A stretch of DNA of 64,000 nucleotides, from positions 53,434 to 117,433 of the forward strand of contig CAJJPX010000001.1 of NCBI GenBank assembly GCA_905193755.1, given 5' to 3'. This stretch comes from an uncultured Clostridium sp. Its GTDB lineage: Bacteria > Bacillota_I > Bacilli_A > RF39 > UBA660. Below the pieces are notes generated by a model. That model worked only from the letters and a program-made list of their open reading frames with translations. It did not search any database and had not been told where the DNA came from. This document shows, piece after piece, positions 28,456 through 37,614 of this stretch (position 1 is its first letter; every line of letters starts with the position of its first letter). The position numbers and the translations under genes are program-made.

Positions 28456-29928
28456 ATGAATGCATTAAAATTCAATGAAAAATTTGATGATATTATAGAA
28501 GAACCAACTAGTTACTGGAAAACCATAGATGATATACCACATAATATAAAAGATTTTATTAATACGAAATCAGACTCAATTCCACTATTTAACGAAAACA
28601 ATAATAAATACTATTGTCCACTATGCAAAGAAGAACTTACAAAACAAAATAAATGTCCAAACTGTTTAAAAATATACACAACAAAAGATAAATTAAAAAA
28701 TTTAAGTGATTATATCTACTATTATGTATTTGATATTAATAACAATAATGTTCTTCTCTATTTACTATGTGAAAATATAAACTATCTAAATCCACTATCA
28801 TTTTACCCTTTTAAACAAAGCAAACTAAGTATTAAAACTATTTATCAAATCTTACCAGAAAAAATTATAAATTTTACAAAGAACAAACATATTAGATATA
28901 AAGAACTAGAAAAAACAATTATAAAATTCAGAAATGCAACAGAAGAAATAAATGATAAAGATTTTGATTTATTAGATGAGTATATTTTTAACACATATGA
29001 ACATCAATATTTATATACAGATAACTTAATAGATTTAAAAAAAACTACTCTATATAGATATAGTAATTTATGGACTTTAAAAGATTATCTTAATAATCAT
29101 TATTTTTGTTTATCAAGTCTTGCATTTTACCCAGTATACTATAAAGAATTTGAATATTTATTAAAAATAAAATTATATGAATTAGCTATAAATAGTAGTT
29201 CTGAAATTAAATATAAAGGTAGTTTCAAAAGTACATTCGGAGTTGAAAAGAAATATTATGAATTTATGAAAAAAATTAATATAGATTATCTAGAGTTAGA
29301 AGCATTAAAACTTTATCCAACAACTGATATAAATATATTAAATTTTATAAAGAATAATTTAAGTTTAATAGAATTAATACTAAAGTATACAAATTTAGAC
29401 AAAGTACTAGATTATTTTAAAAATCAAAATTTAACACTAAATAACTTACATGAATATGGAGATTATATAAGATGCAGCGAAGAAATGAAATTAAATCTAA
29501 AAAATCACAAAATTTTATTTCCAAAATACTTTACTCAAAGTCATGATAAAATTACAAGTGAAATGATAGTATCAAAAGATCCACAAACAAATAAACATAT
29601 TAAAGATTTATCAAATATTCTTATATTAAATAAATATGAAGATGATAAATATATTATATTTCCAGCTGATAGTATAAATAGTCTTATAGATGAAAGTAAC
29701 AAACAATCAAATTGTGTAAGAACATATTGTAATATGGTAAGCAATAATGAATGTCAAATATATTTTATGAGACATAAAGATGATATTGATAAATCATTTG
29801 TTACTATTGAGGTTAGAGATAATAAAGTTGTTCAAGCAAAAACAAGATTTAATAACGATGTACCACCTGAAATTATGAATATAATTAGTAAATGGGAACA
29901 AACATTAATTCCAATAATTAATGAATAA
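28456..29928 (+). CDS. PcfJ-like domain protein with an N-terminal CxxC...CxxC zinc ribbon
   Basis: The C-terminal ~120 aa (LIDESNKQSNCVRTYCNMVSNNECQIYFMR...FVTIEVRDNKVVQAKTRFNNDVPPE) resembles the PcfJ-like family known from conjugative plasmids and phages. The N-terminus has CPLCKEEL...CPNC. Confidence 0.55.
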   Translation: MNALKFNEKFDDIIEEPTSYWKTIDDIPHNIKDFINTKSDSIPLFNENNNKYYCPLCKEELTKQNKCPNCLKIYTTKDKLKNLSDYIYYYVFDINNNNVLLYLLCENINYLNPLSFYPFKQSKLSIKTIYQILPEKIINFTKNKHIRYKELEKTIIKFRNATEEINDKDFDLLDEYIFNTYEHQYLYTDNLIDLKKTTLYRYSNLWTLKDYLNNHYFCLSSLAFYPVYYKEFEYLLKIKLYELAINSSSEIKYKGSFKSTFGVEKKYYEFMKKINIDYLELEALKLYPTTDINILNFIKNNLSLIELILKYTNLDKVLDYFKNQNLTLNNLHEYGDYIRCSEEMKLNLKNHKILFPKYFTQSHDKITSEMIVSKDPQTNKHIKDLSNILILNKYEDDKYIIFPADSINSLIDESNKQSNCVRTYCNMVSNNECQIYFMRHKDDIDKSFVTIEVRDNKVVQAKTRFNNDVPPEIMNIISKWEQTLIPIINE

Positions 29929-29987
29929 TCTTGTAATTCTACTTTAAGTCTATTATAATAAAAAAATATATTAAAACGGAGGTAAAA

Positions 29988-30476
29988 ATGAAATTAAATA
30001 AAGAATATAATTTTGAAAATTTTAAAGTTAAGAAAGAAAATAAACAAGCATTTATTCTATCTCAAGATATAGTAAAAGAGCCTGGTAAAAAGTATTCACC
30101 ATTATTTATAAGTGGAAACCAACCAGAAAGAATTCACCTATTAAATGCAATAGCTAATGCACTAGAAGAATCTAATCATAAAGTAAGCAATAATATAAAT
30201 GAAATTTCTAATGACACTAATATATTAATAATTGATAAAATAGAAAATCTCTCAAGTAAAGATGAAAACAAATTAACAAAAATAATTAAAGATTTTATAT
30301 CTAATAAAAAACAAATCATTTTAGGAAGTGACAAACAACTTGGCGAACTAAATATAACTGAGAAATTAAAAGAAACTATTTTATGGGGAATATCAGCAAA
30401 TATTGAAGAAGAAAAGATTAAAACAAATAATGCAAAAACGGATATAGAACTAGTAAATTATGATTGGCTAAAATAA
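29988..30476 (+). CDS. Minimal DnaA/Hda-like domain III protein with a degenerate Walker A
   Basis: YNFENFKVKKENKQAF...YSPLFISGNQPERIHLLNAIANAL parallels DnaA TFDNFVVG..N..A...[23 protein letters not shown], but lacks the GK[T/S]. Further on, ILIIDKIENL...NKKQIILGSDKQLGELN...ILWGISANIEEE parallels LLIDDIQFL...GKQIVLTSDR.P.EL...SRFEWGL.ADI..P. Confidence 0.55.
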   Translation: MKLNKEYNFENFKVKKENKQAFILSQDIVKEPGKKYSPLFISGNQPERIHLLNAIANALEESNHKVSNNINEISNDTNILIIDKIENLSSKDENKLTKIIKDFISNKKQIILGSDKQLGELNITEKLKETILWGISANIEEEKIKTNNAKTDIELVNYDWLK

Positions 30477-30491
30477 TTTAAAGGAGAAAAA

Positions 30492-30935
30492 ATGAATAAA
30501 AAATTTTTTGAGATTAAAAATGATTTAAATAATATAGATAATTTAATCAACAAGTATATTATATATAATCAATACATTGATGATAAGTATTATGCTACTT
30601 TTCGTGGTAGATTATTAGATTTTAAAGATAATATTTTATATATTGATGTATTTAACGATGGTATGAAAGAAACTGAAGAAACACATGAAGTACTATATAA
30701 ACAAAAAATACCACTAAATATATTAAAAAACATTGAAGAATTTAAAAACTATTATAATAAAGACTTTGATAATTATTATCTAAATAAAGAATGTAAAATC
30801 ACAAATAAGAATAACGAATCTATAACAGGAATTATTATTGATTACCAACTAGGAAACTTAATGATAAGTATTAATAATGATCCAAATTATGAATATCCAT
30901 TATATTTTATTAAAGATATTGAAATTATTAAATAA
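30492..30935 (+). CDS. Hypothetical protein (147 aa)
   Basis: ORF with an AAAGGAG RBS. I recognise no family. Confidence 0.45.
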   Translation: MNKKFFEIKNDLNNIDNLINKYIIYNQYIDDKYYATFRGRLLDFKDNILYIDVFNDGMKETEETHEVLYKQKIPLNILKNIEEFKNYYNKDFDNYYLNKECKITNKNNESITGIIIDYQLGNLMISINNDPNYEYPLYFIKDIEIIK

Positions 30936-30994
30936 TTATTTGAGATTTATAATTAATTATGTTATACTTTATAAGGAATGCAAATGTAAATAAT

Positions 30995-31081
30995 GCTAGT
31001 GTGGCGGAATTGGTAGACGCAGCAGACTCAAAATCTGCCGGTAGCAATACCTTGAGGGTTCGATTCCCTTCTCTAGCACCA
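30995..31081 (+). tRNA. tRNA-Leu (anticodon CAA)
   Basis: Cloverleaf read by hand: acceptor GCUAGUG/CUCUAGC with one U6-U67 mismatch, D-arm GCGG-AAUUGGUAGA-CGC, anticodon stem-loop with CU-CAA-AA, a long variable arm, T-arm GAGGG-UUCGAUU-CCCUU, and an encoded CCA. Confidence 0.85.
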
Positions 31082-31092
31082 ATAAAACCATA

Positions 31093-31120
31093 AAAACCTT
31101 TATCATAAGGTTTTTTTATT
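31093..31120 (+). terminator. Intrinsic terminator after tRNA-Leu
   Basis: AAAACCTT-TATCAT-AAGGTTTT hairpin followed by a T-run. Confidence 0.6.
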
Positions 31121-31177
31121 ATATAAACTATGATAAAATATAAATCATTAAAAACTTATAAGAAAGGAATCAACAGT

Positions 31178-32143
31178 ATGTTTAACAATCTAAAATGTTA
31201 TATTTATGATAAGAAAATTGAGAGAAGATATAAAAAATTTAAAAATTGTAGTATTCCCTATTCCTTTTACGATAAGAAAAGAGATACTTTTGAATGGATA
31301 CGTTACTCAAATATTATTAATCAATATGAAACAAGTAATAATATTGTTGATGCTCTTACAAGTATTGGTAACATTGGAATGATATATCACTACAAAGCAA
31401 ACTTCTATAATTATGAAAAGAAAAAATATGAAAATATTATAAGTCATTGTCATAACTTTGATGAATTAATTAGTAAACTTTATAGATACCCAGAATCATT
31501 TGAAATACCCAAAGATTATATAGATGAATATAGTAAACAAGAATTAGAATATATTAGTAGTCTTCAAAAATATTTTAAATTAATTAATCTTAAAGATGAA
31601 AAATATAGTAAAGAAATAGAAGAATTTGATAATAAATGGGAAGAAATAAATAAGAAAAAACATAAATCATTAAAAGAAATTATATTTTTATACAACACTT
31701 ATGAAAAGAAATGGGACAAACTTACCGAAAAAGAAAAATTAGAAAGATGTAATAATAAAAAAGCATTAGAGTTTTATAGTTATCATCAAATATGTACCAA
31801 AACTGATAAAATAGCTGAAGCTATAATAGATGGTAAGAAAGATTATAAAATATTTATTAAGCATCCCTTTTCAACTTCAAAACTAAATGAAAAGTTTTTA
31901 GTAGTAAACAGTAAATATGAATATATAGGAATTGTAAAAGTAATTAAAGAAGAATATATAAAACTTAAAGATTTAAAAGAAGATATGGTAGATTATAAAC
32001 AAGCTGGATTCAAAAATTTCAAAGAATATAAAAATAGTTTATATAATAATTTTAAAGAAGAATGTGATGCATACGATGAAGAATTTAATAATGAATCTTT
32101 AATTATTTATACTAAACTTGAAGTAATAGAAAAATTTAATTAG
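31178..32143 (+). CDS. Hypothetical K/E/Y-rich protein
   Basis: The likely start is MFNNLKCYIY, 9 nt after an AAGGAA RBS. The ORF-track start at 31130 has no RBS. Confidence 0.5.
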   Translation: MFNNLKCYIYDKKIERRYKKFKNCSIPYSFYDKKRDTFEWIRYSNIINQYETSNNIVDALTSIGNIGMIYHYKANFYNYEKKKYENIISHCHNFDELISKLYRYPESFEIPKDYIDEYSKQELEYISSLQKYFKLINLKDEKYSKEIEEFDNKWEEINKKKHKSLKEIIFLYNTYEKKWDKLTEKEKLERCNNKKALEFYSYHQICTKTDKIAEAIIDGKKDYKIFIKHPFSTSKLNEKFLVVNSKYEYIGIVKVIKEEYIKLKDLKEDMVDYKQAGFKNFKEYKNSLYNNFKEECDAYDEEFNNESLIIYTKLEVIEKFN

Positions 32144-32157
32144 AAGGAGAAATTTAT

Positions 32158-32748
32158 ATGAAATTAGTAGATGAATTAAAAAAATTTAGAAATGCTTTAC
32201 TTGGAATTAGTAAAAGAGATTACGAATTTGATGCTGAACTTGAAGATCATGAAATATCAAATAGTAAATACTATAGACTTCATTATATAGAGTTTTACAG
32301 AAAAGATGAACAAACAAATCCACGCCCTGATAATATTGGAATTACAAACTGGCCTTGTAGTACATTTATGCTACCAGAAGGTATGACACGTGAAGAAGGA
32401 TTCAAAATTTTATCATATTTAACTGACTTTATCGAAAAACGAAAAGATACTGAAGTTGGATCATTAAAATCAGTAATGACATTAGATGGAGTACTTGATT
32501 TAGAAAGATTTGGATTTAAAAAAGTTAACACAGAACCTGAAGATGTAATTAATTTATTCACAGTAAATGGAAGAATTTTATTATTTAAGCAAAGCGAATT
32601 TTATGAAAAATATTTTGAATGGTATACTGAAAATGTAACAAGAAAAGAAATCGAAAAAATCTATGAAAAACACAATATGACATTTGAAGATATAATATGG
32701 CTAGATAAACCAACTCAAAGAACATTAAGAAAAAAAGATGAAAACTAA
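32158..32748 (+). CDS. Hypothetical protein (196 aa)
   Basis: AAGGAGA RBS. I recognise no family. Confidence 0.5.
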   Translation: MKLVDELKKFRNALLGISKRDYEFDAELEDHEISNSKYYRLHYIEFYRKDEQTNPRPDNIGITNWPCSTFMLPEGMTREEGFKILSYLTDFIEKRKDTEVGSLKSVMTLDGVLDLERFGFKKVNTEPEDVINLFTVNGRILLFKQSEFYEKYFEWYTENVTRKEIEKIYEKHNMTFEDIIWLDKPTQRTLRKKDEN

Positions 32749-32774
32749 AAGATCAAAATTTACATTTGATCTTT

Positions 32775-33431
32775 TTAATTACTCTTAAGTATCTTTTTAT
32801 ATTCTTCTTCCAGTCCGTTTACTTCTAAGAATCTTCTTTTAAACTCCTCTTTATTTGAAGCAAGAACAGTTATATCCTCTAAAAACTTTTTATAATCTTC
32901 ATCTTCAAAATACATTTTAGTAGTAGCATACCCTTTCTTACCAAACTTATCTAATAAGTGTTGTCTAGACTCCTCAATTATTTCATCTAACGTTGAATTA
33001 GGACTATGTGTTCTTCTATAAGAATATGTTCTTTTTAATGGAATTTCTATTAATACATTTCTATCTGCAGAAGACACTATTTTACCATATATACTTCTTG
33101 GTTCACTTTTAGAACTAGCTCTATGATCACACACAGCTTCTGACATAACTTTAATTTCTTCATCACTAAAGAACTTTTTTAAGTTTTTATCCTTTAATAA
33201 CATTTCTCCAGATACTTTTTCATGATTTTCTGCATCAATATAATGTCCAATATCATGATAAGCAGCTATAACATAAACCATTTCTAAGTTTATATCAGGT
33301 ACTCTACTCGCAAACATAAAACTTCTATCAATAACATACATAATATGATCAAGTTTATGTCCATCTTCATTTTTTTCATAACTTGTAAATATATTTTTTT
33401 CAATATACTTTCTTAATTCTTCTCTAATCAT
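32775..33431 (-). CDS. HD superfamily phosphohydrolase
   Basis: AAYHDIGHYID and VCDHRASS motifs, 218 aa. Confidence 0.65.
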   Translation of the reverse strand: MIREELRKYIEKNIFTSYEKNEDGHKLDHIMYVIDRSFMFASRVPDINLEMVYVIAAYHDIGHYIDAENHEKVSGEMLLKDKNLKKFFSDEEIKVMSEAVCDHRASSKSEPRSIYGKIVSSADRNVLIEIPLKRTYSYRRTHSPNSTLDEIIEESRQHLLDKFGKKGYATTKMYFEDEDYKKFLEDITVLASNKEEFKRRFLEVNGLEEEYKKILKSN

Positions 33432-33501
33432 AACATCGCCTATAAATATATTACTATATTTTTAAAAAATATGCTATAATAACGAACAAAAAGGAGTATT
33501 T

Positions 33502-34164
33502 ATGACAAAAGAAGAAAAAGTATTAAATTATTACATTCTTTGTAATAAACTAAAAAATGTAATTAGAACCGGTTGGAAAGATTGGAATGTTCAAAGAGAA
33601 AGAATAGAAAGTATTGCTGAACATGTTTTTGGAGTACAAATGCTTGCAATAGCTATGAAATCAGAATATGAATATGATATAGACTTAGAAAGAGTTATAT
33701 TTATGCTAGCTGTCCATGAACTTGGAGAAACAATAATTGGTGACTTAACACAATTTCAAATATCTAAAGGTGAAAAAGAAAAAATTGAACATGAAGCAGT
33801 ACATAATATATTACAAGGATTATTAGATGGAAAAATAATAGAAGAATTATTCTTAGAATTTGATGAAAGAAAAACAAAAGAATCACTATTTGCATATCAA
33901 TGTGATAAATTAGAATGTGACCTTCAATGCAAATTATATGACCAAGAACAATGTGTCGATTTAAATAATCAACCAAACAATAATGTAGTAGAAAATGAAA
34001 GAGTTAAAAAGCTACTTGAAACTGGAGAATCTTGGTCAAGTATGTGGCTACAATTTGGACAACAAACTTATCCATACGACGAAAACTTTAGAGCAGTTTC
34101 AAATTATGCATTAAATAACAATATTGAAAGTCAAACATTAAAACTAACTAAAAAAAATAAATAA
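33502..34164 (+). CDS. HD-domain 5'-deoxynucleotidase-like protein (YfbR-like)
   Basis: ESIAEHVFGVQMLAIAM...AVHELGETIIGDLT matches the YfbR-type HD hydrolase pattern. Confidence 0.65.
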   Translation: MTKEEKVLNYYILCNKLKNVIRTGWKDWNVQRERIESIAEHVFGVQMLAIAMKSEYEYDIDLERVIFMLAVHELGETIIGDLTQFQISKGEKEKIEHEAVHNILQGLLDGKIIEELFLEFDERKTKESLFAYQCDKLECDLQCKLYDQEQCVDLNNQPNNNVVENERVKKLLETGESWSSMWLQFGQQTYPYDENFRAVSNYALNNNIESQTLKLTKKNK

Positions 34165-34221
34165 TCTCATAATATTTAAATAAATATGTTATAATCATAC
34201 TAATGATAGGAAAGAAAATAT

Positions 34222-34731
34222 ATGTATGAAGTAAGCAAAAAAAATATAATTAAAAATCTACTTATAAATTTCACGATTTCAATAGTACTATTAGGTTTTC
34301 TAGCAATAGCATTAATAACAATTAAAAGTGGTGGCGCACTTTTTATGACTAGTCCATTCTTTGTAATTATAATGGCACTATTAATAATATTTGGAGCATT
34401 CAACATAAAAGAAATAGTTGGAAACATACGTAGATATAAAAATATAAACGATTTATCTAAAAATGCTAAACTAATAAAAAGAATACCATATCAACTAAAA
34501 AATAGTAATTTAGTAATTAATTCAACAAGCCTTAAAAAGATATATCTAAGATTTAAATCAGATAATGGAATTATATTAAATCTAGAAAGTGAACCACGTT
34601 TTGATACAAAAAATTTAGAAACAGAAGGATATGCTGACTTATTAATAGACGAAAAAGATCCAACTAAGTTTTATATAGATACAAATATAAATAGAATATC
34701 TGGTAATAAAGAAGAAGACTTTTATAAATAA
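34222..34731 (+). CDS. Hypothetical membrane protein with 2 N-terminal TM helices
   Basis: 169-aa ORF with a hydrophobic N-terminal half. Confidence 0.45.
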   Translation: MYEVSKKNIIKNLLINFTISIVLLGFLAIALITIKSGGALFMTSPFFVIIMALLIIFGAFNIKEIVGNIRRYKNINDLSKNAKLIKRIPYQLKNSNLVINSTSLKKIYLRFKSDNGIILNLESEPRFDTKNLETEGYADLLIDEKDPTKFYIDTNINRISGNKEEDFYK

Positions 34732-34754
34732 AAAAAGTAGTCAAACTACTTTTT

Positions 34755-35945
34755 TTATTGTTGAAATTTACTTATATCGTCAACTCTAACTGCAAAATAT
34801 GGTTTCTCTTTATTAGATTCTTTCAAGAATAAAGTAAATGTATCATTAACATAAAAATTTCTTCGTGTCACCATAGAACTTGCTTCATATTTTACATCCA
34901 TTCCTGCTTCACTTTTAACTTTACCACCCTTTTCATCTAGTGAAAACATAATACTTTGAATAGCTTTTTCAATTGTATAAGTACCATCTAATGTATTAAT
35001 TTCTTTATTTTCAAGTTCAGTATATTCTCTTAAAACATTAAAATCTATCTTAGGCATCATAAAGTTATCAGTATCGTAAAACTCATATTCTTTTTTATTT
35101 TCTACACTCTTATATATTTCATCAAATGTTTCACCTTTAGGATTCTTAATAACAATTATTTCATCATTATTTTTAGTTATTAATTTAACAGCAAAATCAT
35201 TTTCATCATTATAGTAATATACTTTTATTTGACTACGTATTTCATTATTATCTTTTATAATACCAAAATACTCCACATTTTCTTTATCTTTAAACTTATC
35301 ATTAAAAGTATCAAATTTCTTATTAAATTCAAATTCTCTATAAAGCATACTATATAAGAAATATCTATCTATCACTTCACTTCCACTATCAAGTTCTTCA
35401 CTACTCCAATCAAACTTATCAAGTATATCACTATTCTGATTAAATTTTTCTTTTATAGCATTTTCTATCTTACTCTTAAGTTCAAGATTCTTTCTTCCAT
35501 ATATTTTAAAGTAATAGCTATCGCTTATATCATTCAGAGTAAAACCTTCTTTATTTAAGTTGTCAAGCATATCTAACTTTTCTTCAAACTTAATATCTTC
35601 TTTTACTATATCATTTTTAAAGTCATTCCATATTAATTGAAATGTAGGACACCAACTAGTATCTTTACTTATCTTATCACTTAATGTTGGTACTACATCT
35701 ACCCCAACTGTTTCTTTTAATTCTTTTTTATCATAAAAACTTTTTACGTTATCAAATACCTTAATTCCAAGAATTCTTATTTCAGTACCTATATCAAAAC
35801 CATTATCTATAAGTCGATGTACTTTACTAACTTTATATAGAATACTCTTATATTCTACAGTACCACCATCTCTAAGTTGCAGTCTAATCGGTATTAACAT
35901 CAATACTAAAACAACACAAACAATAATTATTATTTTCTTTTTCAT
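34755..35945 (-). CDS. Serpin-like protein, membrane-anchored or secreted (tentative)
   Basis: N-terminal TM/signal. The C-terminal RNFYVNDTFTLFLKESNKEKPYFAVRVDD resembles the serpin C-terminal signature (F.vDrPFlF.I......ilF.GrV). A hinge-like EKGGKVKSEAGMDV lies upstream of it. Confidence 0.4.
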   Translation of the reverse strand: MKKKIIIIVCVVLVLMLIPIRLQLRDGGTVEYKSILYKVSKVHRLIDNGFDIGTEIRILGIKVFDNVKSFYDKKELKETVGVDVVPTLSDKISKDTSWCPTFQLIWNDFKNDIVKEDIKFEEKLDMLDNLNKEGFTLNDISDSYYFKIYGRKNLELKSKIENAIKEKFNQNSDILDKFDWSSEELDSGSEVIDRYFLYSMLYREFEFNKKFDTFNDKFKDKENVEYFGIIKDNNEIRSQIKVYYYNDENDFAVKLITKNNDEIIVIKNPKGETFDEIYKSVENKKEYEFYDTDNFMMPKIDFNVLREYTELENKEINTLDGTYTIEKAIQSIMFSLDEKGGKVKSEAGMDVKYEASSMVTRRNFYVNDTFTLFLKESNKEKPYFAVRVDDISKFQQ

Positions 35946-35995
35946 ACTCTCTCCTTAGTATCATTATAAACTATATTATTTATATTAACAATAAA

Positions 35996-36658
35996 TTACT
36001 TAATAATTAACTCTAGTATATTTCTAAATTCACTTATATCTACATTAGATGTCTCTATATCAAAATTCACTCCTTTATAACTAAACACTGTCATATAACT
36101 ATTTTCATAACTATATATCTTAATATTTTCTCCATTAATAGTTGTATATTTATCACCCTTATCATCAAAGAAATAATCTCTCAATGGTAGATTATCTTTT
36201 GAAAATGCTATCATAATACTCTTATCTTCTATGTAACTACTAACCACATAATTATTAAGTTTATTATATTTTTGATTAGAGTTTTTAATATATATTCCTT
36301 CAATAGTATAATCTTTTAATAAATCAGATTTAACTAAGTCTTTGTAAAAAACAAATTCATTTTTAAGTTTATTTTCATCTACACTTTTACTAACAGCATC
36401 TAATTTACAACTAGCAACACCATCTAACTCATTAATACTAAAACTACTCTTTCCATAACTTTCAGTTTTAACATCATTAGTTTTATTACTATCAAAAATA
36501 AATATTCCGATCATTAAAACTAAAACACAAGTACATAATCCATATCTTAAATATTTTATATTATCCCTTCTTTTATTAACTATATTATTTCTTATATCTT
36601 CTTTATTTATTTTTTCAAATATAATATTTTTTATTTGTTTATTTGACACACTAATCAC
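35996..36658 (-). CDS. Putative anti-sigma factor / membrane protein partner of the upstream sigma factor
   Basis: Single TM helix after a ~35-aa cytoplasmic N-terminus. It overlaps the stop of the sigma gene by 8 nt. Confidence 0.45.
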   Translation of the reverse strand: MISVSNKQIKNIIFEKINKEDIRNNIVNKRRDNIKYLRYGLCTCVLVLMIGIFIFDSNKTNDVKTESYGKSSFSINELDGVASCKLDAVSKSVDENKLKNEFVFYKDLVKSDLLKDYTIEGIYIKNSNQKYNKLNNYVVSSYIEDKSIMIAFSKDNLPLRDYFFDDKGDKYTTINGENIKIYSYENSYMTVFSYKGVNFDIETSNVDISEFRNILELIIK

Positions 36659-37166
36659 CCACCTTTATTTTTAATTCTTTAAGTGTTCTATACAAATAAT
36701 TTTTAACATTAGATAAAGGTATACTTAAACACTTAGATATTTCTTTTAAATTCATTCCTTCATAATAATAAAGATATACTATTTTAGATATAATAACAGG
36801 TTTTCTTTTTAAATATTTCCATACTTCATCAGTATCAAATTTAAGAAAACAACTTTTTTCTAGATTATAATTAGATGGTATATTCTCATACACATCATCA
36901 TCATTCCTAAAAAAGTCTATTATCTTTTGCTTATAATTAAATCTATAATATTTATATATCTTATTTTTAGCTATTCCAATTATATATTTTTTATCTTCAA
37001 TAGAATCTATTTTCTTATACACTTCCATATATATATTTTGAAGTATATCTTTAACATCATCTATATTAGAACAATTGCAAACAACATAACGAGAAATATC
37101 TTTATAAGTTTCATTATATAACTTATCAAATTTTTTAAGGCTTTTTTGATCGACCATTTTATTCAC
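36651..37166 (-). CDS. Sigma-70 family (ECF-like) RNA polymerase sigma factor
   Basis: Region 2-like DVKDILQNIYMEVYKK and region 4 HTH LKEISKCLSIPLSNVKNYLYRTLKELK. Confidence 0.7.
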   Translation of the reverse strand: MNKMVDQKSLKKFDKLYNETYKDISRYVVCNCSNIDDVKDILQNIYMEVYKKIDSIEDKKYIIGIAKNKIYKYYRFNYKQKIIDFFRNDDDVYENIPSNYNLEKSCFLKFDTDEVWKYLKRKPVIISKIVYLYYYEGMNLKEISKCLSIPLSNVKNYLYRTLKELKIKVGD

Positions 37167-37251
37167 CTCAATAATATAGTTCCTAAAAAGTATTATTTAG
37201 TTTCAAATATTTTTATATTTTAAAAGATAGTGATTACACTATCTTATTTTT

Positions 37252-37569
37252 CTAAAGATAGACTCTTGGATAACCTCTTCTACCTTCACTAATTAAATAA
37301 CTAGCATCTTTTTGAATACAAGTTTCAATTTTCTCTTTAGTCCATATCTTATTTTCACTTAAACTAACTGGAGCCCCTACTACATTTATATCACTTAAAG
37401 GTACACCATATTTATTCATAGTATCAGCAATAAATATAACCATGTCTTTAACTTCTTCTTCCTTTACAAAGAAATCAAATCCTAAGAATACAGGTCCTCC
37501 ACATCTAACATCAACTGGATCATTATAAACTGAATCAACTGATATTTTTCTACATATAAAATTTGTCAT
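37252..37569 (-). CDS. Possible GerW/YtfJ-family sporulation protein
   Basis: 105 aa immediately downstream of scpB. There are weak motif matches (GGPV...VVGAPVSL). Confidence 0.35.
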   Translation of the reverse strand: MTNFICRKISVDSVYNDPVDVRCGGPVFLGFDFFVKEEEVKDMVIFIADTMNKYGVPLSDINVVGAPVSLSENKIWTKEKIETCIQKDASYLISEGRRGYPRVYL

Positions 37570-37614
37570 AAATCCTCCCTTGGGCCATATTATATCATAA
37601 TAATTAAAAAGAAT

